DNA of 64,000 bases from Fistulifera solaris (GCA_030295235.1 AP026137.1:1054001-1118000), one strand, 5' to 3'. Numbered from the stretch's first letter, positions 50,411 through 63,062 are shown. A program made the numbers and translations. Notes: generated by a model from the sequence alone, not told the origin.

Positions 50411-51866
50411 ATGCCGCCGGATGCTGATAAACTTCGTCAACGCCATGTAACGGCGCAAGACGACCGTGCTACAACAACAACGACAATTCGCTCGGTAAAA
50501 GATTTGAAAGGCAACGAAATTGTCATTGACGGTATCATTTACGATTTGACGAATTTTTATCATCCTGGAGGAGAACAAATTAATGTATTCGGAGGAAATG
50601 ATGTTACCGTTCATTATAAAATGATTCATCCGTATCATACGGCGAAGCATTTAGAAAAAATGACCGCTATCGGCAAAGTTGATGACTTTCGTACCGAGTA
50701 CGTTTATAAAATGTATCAAAAGCGTGGGCTTTTTTCGGCATAAAAACTCATTCATTTACGCATTCTGCAACAGATATCAATTCGATACAGATTTTGAACG
50801 AGAAATCAAACGGGAAGTCTACAAAATTGTTCCCCGAGGACGTGAATTTGGGACACCTGGATGGTTTTTTCGTGCCTTTGGTTACATTGCTCTCTTCTTT
50901 ACCTTGCAGTACTTTTGGGTTGTTTCGGGTCCGACGGTACTTTTGGCTATCGCTTACGGCATGTCACAAGCTCTTATCGGTATGAATGTGCAGCATGATG
51001 CAAATCACGGAGCAGCTTCCAAGAAGGCTTGGGTCAATGATATCCTTGGATTAGGAGCTGATTTCATCGGAGGAAGCAAATGGCTCTGGCAGGAACAGCA
51101 CTGGACGCATCACAGTTATACCAATCATGCGGAGAAAGATCCTGATTCTTTTAACGCTGAGCCGATGCTTCTCTTCAATGAGTACCCCGCAGGAGATAGT
51201 CGCCGCAAATGGTATCACAATTTCCAGATTCTCTTTTTCTGGCCCATTCTTTCCGGATATTGGTTGAGTTCTGTATTCAACCCGGAAGTCCTCGATCTCA
51301 ATCATCGCGTTAGCGCCGGTGTCGGTGAACGCTGGATTAGTTCGCACGTGATCTCGTCGCGCAAGTTCGCCATCTTCTTGCGAGCTCTCTACATTGGGAC
51401 CAACGTCGTGGCTCCCATTTATTTGCACGGTTTGCGAGTCGCCCTGCTCATCCTACTCATGGGAATCGCTGAATCACTCCATTTGGCCATCCTCTTTTCC
51501 CTCAGTCACAACTTTGAGACTGCCGATCGCGATCCGACTCTCAAGGCGCGTCAGACAGGACAACCAGTCTGCTGGATGAAATCGCAAGTCGAAACTTCTT
51601 GCACGTACGGTGGTTTCATCTCGGGATGTTTGACGGGTGGTCTCAACTTTCAAGTGGAACACCACTTGTTCCCTCGTATGAGTTCCGCGTGGTATCCGTA
51701 CATTGCCCCCACGGTGCGCAAGGTGTGTGCGAAGCACGGAGTGAAATACGCGTATTATCCGTGGATCTGGCAAAATTTGTGGTCGACGTTCAAGTACATG
51801 CATGCGGCAGGAACGGGATGGAGACAGAAGTTGGCGCGAGAGAATCCTTTGAAAGGACAAATGTAA
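50411..51866 (+). CDS. Front-end delta-5 fatty acid desaturase (cytochrome b5 fusion)
   Basis: MPPDADKLRQR start closely resembles P. tricornutum D5. HPGG, HDANH, QHWTHH and QVEHHLFP boxes. Intron 50698-50773. Confidence 0.95.
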
Positions 51867-52035
51867 GAAAGGCGATGAGAATGAATGAATGGATATGTGC
51901 ATGCATGACCGAATGATCAAGATTATGTAATTCGACACTATTAGGAACTATTGCCTTAAAATTACTTGTAGCATGTACTACGCGATGCGTGCTCTCTTTT
52001 GTTACTTCGTATTACTTTTTCGAGGCCGATGCATC

Positions 52036-52452
52036 TTAAACTTTACTTGTCGGTTCCTTCTCGTTCTCTAAATCATCACGAAGTATCGGCAATTGCAAAC
52101 CAGCACGAGCCGCAGCTCGTCGACTCATTTCTTTCGCATCCAATTGATTCTCAGCACCTGTATCCATCGCGTATAGTTCGGCTCGTGCGTGTAAATCCTT
52201 TTGCAAAGCATGAAATCGCTGCAGTAATAATAGCTGATTGCTGTTGTTGCTGCTGCTCTGCTGATTTTTCTCACGAATCGATTTCAGCACATAGCTTTGA
52301 ATAGCATTGTAACGTGCTGCTGTTGCGTGTTCTTTGTGAATTGCCTTGGATTGTAAGTGAGGCGCAAGCGGAGGTGTCTTCAAGAAGCGCAACAAATTTC
52401 GTAGAGTCGTTTGTAATGTCGATTTCGAGGCCGTTGCTACCATTGGCGTCAT
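52036..52452 (-). CDS. FMC1-like (LYR-related) mitochondrial ATP synthase assembly protein
   Basis: N-terminal LRNLLR.L and C-terminal ELY....GAE......SRRAAARAGLQLP pattern. Confidence 0.55.
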   Translation of the reverse strand: MTPMVATASKSTLQTTLRNLLRFLKTPPLAPHLQSKAIHKEHATAARYNAIQSYVLKSIREKNQQSSSNNSNQLLLLQRFHALQKDLHARAELYAMDTGAENQLDAKEMSRRAAARAGLQLPILRDDLENEKEPTSKV

Positions 52453-52583
52453 TTCAACAATTAAAAAAAGATTATTGCTTCTTGTCGTGTTTGTAAGGAA
52501 TTAGGGTATGTTATTCATTGATTTATTCATTGTAAACAAAGAAATCATCGACTATCGCCGCTTTATACTCGTCACTCGTCCGC

Positions 52584-52990
52584 CAAGAGGAAATTAATGG
52601 GGACCGCGCTTTGTCAGTCACGAGGACGGGCTACTGTCCCCGCTCGTTGATGCCATCCGTTGCTTTTCACGCACAAACAAATATTTCGAAAAGTAAGACA
52701 CTTAAGCACGTACCTTTTTATTTATATTTATAGGAAGAGAATATTTCTTCAAGTAGCTTACTTTCGACTTGCAATTTTATATATTCAATGACAAAGATCG
52801 CTCTATGCTCCGCCATGAAATGCACTGAAAATAAGAGCGGACCTCGTGGTCGGAGGCTGGCTTACACAAAAGGTGAGAGTGGCCTCCCGAGCGGCACTCA
52901 TGATAGCGGGGACACTAAGCCGTCACCAGGAAAAAGCACGGGCGCATCGCGTGATACTGAAGTAGCGCGGTCCCCATTAATTTCCTCTTG
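52584..52990. mobile_element. P-superfamily-like MITE (407 bp)
   Basis: Perfect 27-bp TIR CAAGAGGAAATTAATGGGGACCGCGCT; 7-bp TSD CGTCCGC at 52577-52583 and 52991-52997. Confidence 0.9.
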
Positions 52991-53000
52991 CGTCCGCAAC

Positions 53001-53970
53001 AGGTCCAGATTTTTTCTGGACCACGTGTATACACCAATCTACCAGATTTTCTGAGGACTTGAAAATACAACTGGTCCAGATTTTCTGGACCACGTGTAAA
53101 CACCCTCTCCCCGATTTTCTGAGTACATGAAAATACAACGTCCAGATTTTCTGGACCACGTGTAAACACCCCTCTCCCCGATTTTCTGCGTAGGTGAAAA
53201 TACAACTGGTCCAGATTTTCTGGACCACGTCTAAACACCACTCTTTCAGATTTTCTGCGTAGGTGAAAATACAACTGGTCCAGATTTTCTGGACCACGTA
53301 TAAACACCCTTCTCCCCGATTTTCTGAGGACGTGAAAATACAACTGGTCTAGATTTTCTGGACCACGTATAAACACCCTCTCCCCGATTTTCTGAGGACG
53401 TGAAAATACAACTGGTCTAGATTTTCTGGACCACGTATAAACACCCTCTCCCCGATTTTCTGAGGACGTGAAAATACAACTGGTCCAAATTTTCTGGACC
53501 ACGTGTAAACACCACTCTTTCAGATTTTCTGAGCAAGTAAAATACAACTGGTCCAGATTTTCTGGACCACGTATAAACATCCCTCTCCCCGATTTTCTGA
53601 GCACTTGAAAATACAACTGGTCCAGATTTTCTGGACGACGTGTAAACACCACACTCTTTCAGATTTTCTGAGCATTTAAAAATACAACTGGTCCAGATTT
53701 TCTGGACCACGTGTAAACACCACTCTTTCAGATTTTCTGAGCTGGTGATTTTCTCACTCATGCGCATCGGTACCCAGTCTTTAAGTAAAATTAATCGTTA
53801 CATAGTCTAGTCACACCCGTTTACCACACAGTGATTATACAACTGGTCCAGATTTTCTGGACCACGTCTAAACACCTTTCTGCCAGATTTTCTGAGCAGG
53901 TGAAAATACAACTGGTCCAGATTTTCTGGACCACGTGTAAATACCATACACGCCCAGATTTTTTTCCTGG
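53001..53970 (-). repeat. 69-bp hairpin minisatellite, ~13 units, with a short insertion
   Basis: CTGGTCCAGATTTTCTGGACCAC recurs every 67-71 bp: 11 units to ~53742, then 2 more from ~53837. Confidence 0.95.
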
Positions 53971-54145
53971 TGGAACGTGAAAAATCGCTGAAGCAAGCTA
54001 CTAACTAACTTAGCCGATTGAATCATTGTTAAAACCTTCAAAATATTAAATATATTATTCATTCGTCAATACACAACGTGATTTAGGATAGTAGTACACA
54101 GGTTGAGCATTAACACATCCTTGACGTGCATCGTTGCTTTCGTGT

Positions 54146-55435
54146 TTATGCCAAGTTTCCGCCGGCAACCAACGACTGAGATCCTCGCTTAATCTTGCGG
54201 TACAAGAAGTAAGAGTAGGCTCCGAAAGCGATAGTGGTCATGGCAAAGATCCAAGCGAAAGCCTTGGCAGCACCGTTGCGGCCGCCACCGTAGACACCGC
54301 TGCTCTTGCTGGCACTGGTGAGACGAGGCAAAACATTTCCGAGGAATTCGCATCCGCTGGTGTCCTTGTTGGCAAAGGCCATTTTCGTCTCACACTTGAC
54401 AGCCGACTGGTAAGATTGAGTGCAAAGATCAGTGACGGCGTAAACTTCCTCGTAAGAGCCGTCTTCGTTCTGGACCTGCTGGTTCTGGTTGTTGTTGTTG
54501 TTCTGAGTGTCACGGCACGACATGCATCCCGAAGTCTTGATGATCGACTGGCTGGTGAAGGGCAAGTTGGATCCAGTGCGAGCAGAGTACAAGTTGTTGG
54601 ATGCCTTGTTAGTGCAAGTATTGTCGTAGAAGACACCCAAATGGATGGATTTGCCGTTGTTAGCGCAGTAAGGACCAACGTAAAGGTTTCCGTAGTATTG
54701 ACCGTTGTTGTTTCCGTTGTAGTACTGGTTTCCGTTCTCGTTGTTGGCGTTGTTGTTGTTTCCGCCCTCGATTTCTGGAATTAAAAAGAGAGAAAATCAA
54801 AGTGAGACATACCGAACGTTGATATTAGGTGAAGCAGTCTGCGGCGGCACATGATGCATCAACTTACCTCGGCATTCCAAGTATCGCTGAATCTGGAACT
54901 CGGCTTCTCCCTCAGCTTGGGCGCAGTTGGTCAAACCAGCATTGCTGTAGCAGGCAGACTCGCACGCTTCGGCATCATCGGCGTTGTCACAGACGCAGTT
55001 TTCACGAGCCATTTCGCAAGCATAGGCTTCTTCCGAAAGCTTTGCCTCAGTGTAGGCGTCAACGAATTCAGCCATGTTGACGGCATACTCTCCGCCTCCG
55101 TTGCAAGAGTTGCAGGAGTTGGCCGGGCAAAGAGCAAAGCGAACCAAGTGTTGAGTGTACAAGATTCCTTCGTTCTGGTTGTTGCCGGCTTCACGGTTGA
55201 GCTGAATCAACGAGTTGCATCCCAAATACTTGATCTCATACTTTCCGAGGTAAGCAGCGTTTCCTTGGTTCTGGTTGTTTTGATTCAAGTGACGAGCAGG
55301 CTCGATGACGGTGGCCTTTCGCAACAAAGCTTGGCCCATGGCCGAGTCCAAAGGAACGCTTCCCTCCGTAGAGATTTCCATGGCGTTGACTGCCAAGAGA
55401 GTTGTGAGCAAGAAGGTAGTAGCAAAGCGGAACAT
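54146..55435 (-). CDS. SIN1: Silicanin-1-like silica deposition vesicle membrane protein
   Basis: Signal peptide, RXL (ARHL), N/Q-rich Cys-patterned luminal domain (LVRFALCP..C, YVGPYC, LGVFYD..C), C-terminal TM helix and short basic tail. Intron 54775-54867. Confidence 0.88.
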
Positions 55436-56770
55436 GATGCAAGTTCTTAATATGAAAGATTGGATGCAATGGAGACGGCAATCTTGATTGTGAGCCTCAA
55501 ATTGAAAATGGACGATGAGGAAGCAGTCCTTCGAATGGTCGCTTTTGGCTATACGACCGCCAATGCGGAGGCGCGCAAATTTCACTGATACTTAGAAGTG
55601 GCGATCTTTGCGATAATTTGTTTAGGAAGACTGTGACCGTTGCACGTTTACTTATGTCTAAGTACTTGTAAGCAAGCTCGAAGAAACGGATAAATACTTA
55701 CGGATACTTAAATGATAAAGTCCTCTATACGCGATTCATCCTATGATTATTTGGAACGAAAGAGTACTCGCCGCAACATTTTTGTAGTCTCCAATGATAC
55801 TCGCCACGTCCCGCCAAAATCAAGACGACGTGCTTTGTGTCGGAGCGTTACGCAAACCAATAACATTGTGAAAAACCTAATCCTTATTGTGTTGCGGGTT
55901 GTCCATTCCTGAAAATGTGAGCTAAAGCGAGAGAATGTTTACGTACGGTTGTTGAGAACTAAACCAAAGCTACTCCAAAATAATGCGGCTTAAACAAATC
56001 AAGCATGAAGCCAGTGTTCTAGAATAAAAGCTTTTAAAAGAAATATATCCGGACCCAGTCATTTTTATTCTAGAAAAAGTCAATCGCTTTAACTTCCGGA
56101 ACATCAACTCGCCCTAGATCTAAAAATTTTATATCCTTGTCAATGTTGATCGTATGAGGAAAAAATGATGACTCAGTACAGCTTGCAGTGTGCCTATCTC
56201 ACAAACTTTACACGAAGTAAACACCGGCTACAAAGGTTCTTCTCAAGAAACAAGAGACACAATGGAGGATGCCCGATAACGATACCCGATGAAGAATGAG
56301 CAATGAGCGATGAGGCACAAAGCAAGATACTCAACAGTCAACAGAATGCACACTACAGGAATCAAGCTTGCGAGGAGTCACTGGCTCAAGACTCATGAGA
56401 GCCTTAGTCAACAGTCTTCGTAAAGCCAACTCTAGAGTCTAGAGAGCTAGACGCTCTAGAGAGACGTCATTCCGCTTGGCCCATGGAGTAACAGGACTTG
56501 CCATTTGCTCTATGGACCCATGCCCTTGGCTCTTGCATTCTTTTGTTCTGTTTTCCGTTTAGTGTGCGATAACCGTTCTCCGCGAACTGTCGATGTTATT
56601 GGTTATTGTCTACTTTTGATTATCCATTCTTCTTGTTTTTCGTACAACGAAATCTTGGCAAAAGACAATGCTACCAAAGGTACGAATTGACTCAGGACAA
56701 AATAGATCCAGGAGGTTCGGTTGTAGGTTGCATTTGCATGTCTTGGTTCTTGTGTGTTGTGTGTTGTGTG

Positions 56771-57067
56771 TAGTGCTCGGAATGGTTTGGGGCGAAACCG
56801 TTTCAAACCGAATATTTACCATAAAATTATGAAATTGGTTGAAATTTCTTGAAACCGTTTCATTTTATTTAGTACCGGAGCGATCTTACCGGTACCCAAA
56901 CAGTACATATCGTCTTATTCGGCGTCACTGAATGGGGGGAAGATGACGATTTTCAGCTAGTTTTACGGTGGTTGGAGGACATTCGATGAAACGGTTTCAA
57001 AACCGATTCGACCAAAAACCGGTTCAAAAATATTCGATTCAAATTTTTCCGCTGTTTCCGAGCACTA
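56771..57067. mobile_element. hAT-type MITE, family 2, second copy in opposite orientation (297 bp)
   Basis: Same TIR TAGTGCTCGGAA; own 8-bp TSD GTTGTGTG; reverse complement of 34483-34776. Confidence 0.95.
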
Positions 57068-57912
57068 GTTGTGTGTTGTGCGCTATGTTCCTTAGCTAGT
57101 TTCTCGATAATTGTGTGTTCTTTCTGATTTTAGTGTAAGATCCGCTAATCGTGGAAATAGGCATATGAATAAAGTACATTCTGTCTTACCAAGTTTGACC
57201 TTTGCCCCTTGCCAAGGCATCCGATTTTCGCTGGTCAACATCTACGCCCTCGTGATTGAAGCGACATTTCTGTGTTCTTCGTTCTACTTTTTCTCTTAAA
57301 GCTCATTCACGATATTTCCTATCATCGACTTGCACCTCGCACCTTGCACGTGGTACTTGGATCAGTGATTATCTAATTGATTGCTACTGAATCTTTCAGC
57401 GCGAAATAAAGACGAATAGCCCTAGACAGAATCGGGGCAATTAGCTATCCCAGTCTCTGAGAAGTTTTTGTGTATGTCTTAGTCAAGATTTCTATGTCTT
57501 TCGCCAGTTGTCTGTAGTGGCGCGACTGGAATAATAGGCGCAGTTCTGTGACATTGGCAAGAGCATAATTTTCTCCCTGATCGTGAAATGTCGCTTGTAT
57601 CTGTTAGTTTGTACCTTGGATGTCCCGAATTCCTCATGGGATGGATAAATAGGTACCAATAACCGTACGTGTGAGTAGAATAAACTGTAGAAAGTCTTTC
57701 CCGGCCACGAGGCAATAATTTTGATCTTCCCCTCGGCGATGTAAATGAGTGGCGGTGCTTTTTGGACGAGATCTTTGATAGACAACATCTGTTGCCGACC
57801 TGTTTCTCTTCCTCCCACCGCCTTTTCATAATTTTCGTCGACCTGCTTCCAACCAAACCGCGATCGACAAAAATCTTCAGAACGCAAAACAGCTTATCAA
57901 GAAGAGAGAAAG

Positions 57913-58944
57913 ATGAACCAAAACATGATGTATTCGACTCACAGCCATAATATCAACTACGTTGGCATGAATATGGAGTCTTCGAAGATGTTTAACGAGA
58001 AGAGATTCTACGGAGCTCAACCAGAGTCGCTTTTCAGCATGGCGATGTACGATCTTGACGCGACGCCTATCGAGTCGATGGAGCCTCTTCCTGCTCATCA
58101 GCCAAGCTCCGCAAGTGCTGCTTTTCATCCCGTCGATGAATACAAGGATATGAGTCTTCGAGAACTACTCGATCTCACGGACGACTTTCTCTTTGATAGT
58201 CAAGCCAGCGCTGCCGATGTTCTTGCTCCTACGCCTCTCAACATTCCCGACTGTCAAACAGTCGCACAAATCACGAGCATTTATTCGGAAAGGCCTACGA
58301 TGATCTCTCCTCCGCTAGCTCCGATCTCCATGAATCTGGCTACAGTTACTCCCGATGTCATGAAGTCAGCGGAATCGAAGAAGCGACAGCGTCAAGTCGA
58401 AGAAGAGGAAGAAGAAGAAGACGACGGCGACTTCGATGAAGACGGATTGAATAAAGAAGGACGCTTCCGCTCTTATCAAGCAGGGCAATGGTCGGATCGA
58501 TTTGATGACCTTGTCGAATACCGCAAGCGCACGGGAAACTGTCTCGTTCCTCACACGTTCGAAGAAAACCTTCCCTTGGCTCGCTGGGTCAAGCGACAGC
58601 GCTATCAATACAAGCTCATGATGGAAAAGAAAGCTTCCACAATGACAGAGGAACGAGTCAAGGCTCTTGAAGAAATCGGCTTTGTTTGGGACTCGCAAGG
58701 TGCTGCTTGGGGAGAGCGATTGAATGAACTCAAGGAATTCCGTAACAATGTAGGTCACAGCAATGTGCCTTCTAACTTCACCAGCAACCCTCAGCTGGCT
58801 ACTTGGGTCAAATGTCAAAGACGCCAGTACAAGCTCTACATGGAAGGAAAGCCGTCGAACATGACACAGGCCAGAATTCAGGAACTCGAAGACATTGGCT
58901 TCGAATGGTTGCTGCGATCTTACAAGAAGACGCGCATCTGCTGA
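57913..58944 (+). CDS. Helicase-associated (HA) domain protein with two HA repeats
   Basis: W..RF..L..Y....GNCLVP.......LARWVKRQR.QY...LEEIGFVW occurs twice. Confidence 0.92.
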   Translation: MNQNMMYSTHSHNINYVGMNMESSKMFNEKRFYGAQPESLFSMAMYDLDATPIESMEPLPAHQPSSASAAFHPVDEYKDMSLRELLDLTDDFLFDSQASAADVLAPTPLNIPDCQTVAQITSIYSERPTMISPPLAPISMNLATVTPDVMKSAESKKRQRQVEEEEEEEDDGDFDEDGLNKEGRFRSYQAGQWSDRFDDLVEYRKRTGNCLVPHTFEENLPLARWVKRQRYQYKLMMEKKASTMTEERVKALEEIGFVWDSQGAAWGERLNELKEFRNNVGHSNVPSNFTSNPQLATWVKCQRRQYKLYMEGKPSNMTQARIQELEDIGFEWLLRSYKKTRIC

Positions 58945-59967
58945 AACCTCCCAACAAACGAATGAATCGATTTTGATCGCGCGCCGTCCTATTTTCATAT
59001 CAATTATGCAAGGCAGCGAAGTCCCATAATATGTTCTCATTAATAATCATCACTAACAATTAGTTCAAAAAAAGAATCTAGCTTTACACGTTCTCTCTTA
59101 GCTGCAACTCCATTAGTTGCTTTAATTAAAACTGTAGACGTTCGATTATCTTGACAGATGCAAGAGCTTTGTCACTCTAGCAGGTAAGTCTAAGAGTCTA
59201 GTCCTGGGGTCGAGATTCGGTAGTCCCTCTCTCTCTTGCCTAACTCTTGTGTGGGTCGCTGCTCGTAGCTAGCAAACATGAAACGCGTTTGTACCAGCTA
59301 AGCTGAATGGCGAATGGCCCTTTCGTCCATCTCACAATGACGTATGTGTCGTTTGTGTGATGTGGTCAAAGTTCAAGACTCGGACACTTGAGGATTTATT
59401 ACAGTCTTGAGAGTTGAAGTGGATAGACGTTGAGCGGGCCGTTCGAATTGAACAATCAATTAGACTGTACAAAAAAGATCAAGCGCGATCCGTTGCTTAA
59501 CTTCAAACTTCCAACCTTAATGGGGTGCAATGAACAGTCTAGACTGACGAACTACATGCTGGGTTAAGGTTTCAAGACATTCAGATTTAGCCATTGTCAT
59601 TCTTGTATCCAAAAAGTCAGAAGACGCAATAAAGTCATCAGATGCACTTTTTATTCATGAAGCGGGCAGTTTCAATGCGATTGGATAAGTCGTATCAAAA
59701 GAATACTTTAGATTTAGGACAAATTTACGGTTTTATCTCGCACTCGCACCGCTGAATCTTTTGAAACCGACTTTATGCTTCTATGGGTTGGAAGGTAGTT
59801 TGGATGTGCGATCAGATAGCTCACCGCTTTGATTTTTTGGTTTTCAAAGCAAACCGTTGCGCATTTTTCCCTATTCGACGTCATTCTCCAGAGTATCACA
59901 CACATCACACATCACTTATGAGCAACACAACTGTTCGCTAATATGACTGAATTTATAGGCTAAAGCC

Positions 59968-60318
59968 TTAGCTCAAGCATTTCCGTCTTACTGGCATGAT
60001 TGGTTGTGAGTCGTTCAGTGAATGCGATGGTTGCCATCGCGATTTTTTGATCTCTTCTGATGATATTAAAAGAACACTGTCAAGCGTGATGTCGTCTTCG
60101 TCTTGATTAAGACAATGAGCGCTGTGTTTGTTTACAAGTCTTGAAAGATTTACCACTTGACCGCTCTTCAAGTCATTGCAGAAAATGAGGTCTGGTGGAC
60201 ATAGTACGCTAACGTCCCCGGTGGTGCGGATTTCGTTCGGCGCAAAGATTCGGCCGCAGCCACTTCGGTGCTTGGAATTGATATGGACGGCTTTAGGAAA
60301 AGTTTTTGACATACACAT
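59968..60318 (-). CDS. Small hypothetical protein with an RW...P.MP.RR motif
   Basis: C-terminal SRWQ...PIMPVRR resembles the 47.1-47.7 kb ORF. Confidence 0.4.
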   Translation of the reverse strand: MCMSKTFPKAVHINSKHRSGCGRIFAPNEIRTTGDVSVLCPPDLIFCNDLKSGQVVNLSRLVNKHSAHCLNQDEDDITLDSVLLISSEEIKKSRWQPSHSLNDSQPIMPVRRKCLS

Positions 60319-61041
60319 CTTCAAAGTAGCTCTCCGGTCAATTTGTGTTATGAACGAAATGGAGCAAAAGATGGGATGAATGATGTGTTCGTATTTGCGA
60401 CCCAACATCAAGCTCACTTTCTTGTATGCCACCGGATAAAAGGCGCAAAGCGCGAAGCTCAAGCGCACATCACGTGAGAGGGTGAGAGTGAGAGGACTAC
60501 ATCCTACATCCTACATCCTACATACCGTACTGTAGCAGAAAGAACGTGGAAGCTTTTTTAGAAGGCCCGAAACGGAAAATATACGTCGCTTTACTATTGA
60601 AAGGAAAGTAGGTCATTCTAATCCTCCCTACCGAATGCCGAAAGAACACTAAAAAGATAGAACACGGAACACGGAACATAAAACATAGCAAAAGTGAAGA
60701 AAAATGCACATTCTTACCAGTATCGAGAGTAGCGCCAAATCGAACAACTCACGGATGTCAATTCAATCACAGATTTGCCTATGCTATGGAGGCTGAAATC
60801 AAGACACCAAAAGATTCCCCAACGTCACAGATTTCATAAGCTTTACCTTAGACGTAGAAAATGCAAGAGAGGCAGCAAGCAAGGTAATGAATGCTTTTCG
60901 AAAACAGTTTGTCGTGGGTAATCTCACATCCGTTCGAGCATAAATTTTTAAATATGCATGGAATGGAGTGCCTTTACTGGATAAAGACGAAAAGGTTGCA
61001 AGGAACTACTTAATAGACGTTCGGTTCTTTGTTACTTGCTC

Positions 61042-62878
61042 CTATTTCGGATTCTTTTCTAGAATGGTGGCCAAAATACCGTGGTCACTCGGAAAGTCCA
61101 GTGTTGGGAAGGCCATATTCTCTGTGTACTTGGCCTCGCCTGTATTATCTTTCCAGGTTTTTTGAATCGAAAAGGTCTTTTCTGGAAACAGAATGAAATC
61201 CTTCGGGTTGACGTCGCCTTTGCTGCGTTTCTCCGTGGATCGGCAGCCCTTCTGCAGTTGCGGTTGTAAGAAGGTTCTAGCATTGAACGTGGTATAGTTG
61301 GACGGGTTGACCGTGTCGCCCCAACACGAGGTCAGATGCAGTTGCGAAGAAAAGAACTGCGCGAATTCCGATACGTCTTGAGTTTTACCAGGCTTTCCCT
61401 GTTCATACGTATTCGCGTCCAACCCGAAGATCAGTGTATGCCCCGCAGGAACTATAGCGTTCACGGCTTCAACAACCGGTTTTGTGGCTAGCCCATTCGT
61501 ATCACCATGGAAGGAGGCAATGAGGTAGCGATCGCCTTGTACATTTGTGGCCGTCATCGCAAGAACATCCCCTACCGCAACTGGCACATTCTCATCGAAC
61601 TGCTTCATGACTTGGCTGGTAATCTCTTTATCGATACCGGCGGGAAACGACTCTTTGTTCAGGAATATAACCGAGTTTTGATCGCGTACCGGATCCAAAT
61701 ATTCCGACGAAACTAGAATATGGAACTGTTTCCCGAGGATAGGGTGTTTCCGAGCTAGCTCGACTAAACTCATCGAGACTTCTTGTAGAGTGACAATGTC
61801 GGATTTCACATAGTGCGACTCTGCGAGAATATTCAATGTTTTGCTCGTTTTCTGTTTGTTGAGTTTCTCTACCATCGTTTTCTTTAATGCCTGCCATGCT
61901 TGGGGTGACGCAGCACACTCGTTCATCATGTGAACGAGGATGGCATCAAAGATGGCACCGCAAAGCGTTTGTAAAGGAAGCGAGTCTTTCGCTTCTTGAG
62001 GCGTGATATCAGGATACTTGACCGGACTAATGGGTTGCAGCATCTGGTAAGGGATTTGTTGCACAGTTTGTCCGGTCTTATCATTGATGGAGAGAGTAGT
62101 GCGAAACATGAACTCTTTCCAAGCACTCCACCACTGTTGTTGATTGTCTAACGATCCCTGATACATGTTAATGACAGTGGGGCGGAACACGGCGTCACCA
62201 TTGGCGAGATTGATGGTGTTGGTGATACGATCTGGCATACTAGCGAGCCGCTTGGAGCCGAGCAGAGGATCTTTCAAAAATTCTGACACAATCTTACGAT
62301 TCGCAAATTCCTTCTCCCAATATTCTGCCACAGACTTCCATTTCGCTGTTTCCGTCAATTCACGATCGAGCTCTTGAAACATATCTTGCGTAAATACTTT
62401 ATGCACTGGAACATCTTGCGCCTCGGTCGGTGTGTTAATGAATTGCTCAATTTGAATCATCAGTTTCTCGTACTCGTCATTATAGGTAATCCAATACTCA
62501 AAGGGATTGTTGTTGATGGCAGCCACGTTCCAAGTAGTAACCTGGAGAGTCCCAGCTCTTGCTGCTGCTGAAGTAATCGCCGATGACGATGTCATTAAAT
62601 AATGTCGAGCTCCTCCTGTCGAGAAAATAAAGTAGAAAGCGTTAGCAAACAATAGAAACATTGAGCGTGAATGAATCACGGTAAGAAACGAATGCACTAT
62701 TGACGATGAACGAACCAGATTGATAATAGACAGCCGTATACAAGACCATGGCAAATAGAACGCAAGCAATCCGTTGAATATCACGAGGAGGAGTTCGATT
62801 TGCCATTTCTCCTCCTGAGACGTTTCGAGCGATCAAAGGGCGACCATTAATGACTTTACGAGCGAAAGCACTCGACAT
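61042..62878 (-). CDS. Endonuclease/exonuclease/phosphatase (EEP) family protein with an N-terminal TM anchor
   Basis: TWNVA, DIVTLQE, SFHGD, GLDAN, KDFI, PSDH motifs. Intron 62616-62715. Confidence 0.88.
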
Positions 62879-63062
62879 TGCGTCTCTTTGTCGGTGTAGT
62901 TGTAGATTGATTGTCAAGAGGAAAAAATATTGATAGAACGAGGAAGAGCGATTGCAACAAAACGCAATAGCAGGAGCAACAGCAACGGCTACCGAGTATA
63001 AAATTTTGAGCGAGCCCCACATTTTGCCTGCGTCACGACTGTGGAACAAAAGCAAACGGGAC

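Noticed and set aside
52915..53767. ORFs with 23-aa repeats (also 13198-13635 and the ORFs in 23856-25276)
   Set aside because: They are translations of non-coding repeats; unit lengths vary and frames shift.
53001..53970. CRISPR-like or guide-RNA array (palindromic repeats)
   Set aside because: Linkers are short recurring variants rather than unique spacers, there is no cas-like gene, and the context is eukaryotic.
58366..59040. Long antisense ORFs (also 54134-54784, 35844-36665, 401-853)
   Set aside because: They overlap well-supported genes on the opposite strand and show no motifs.
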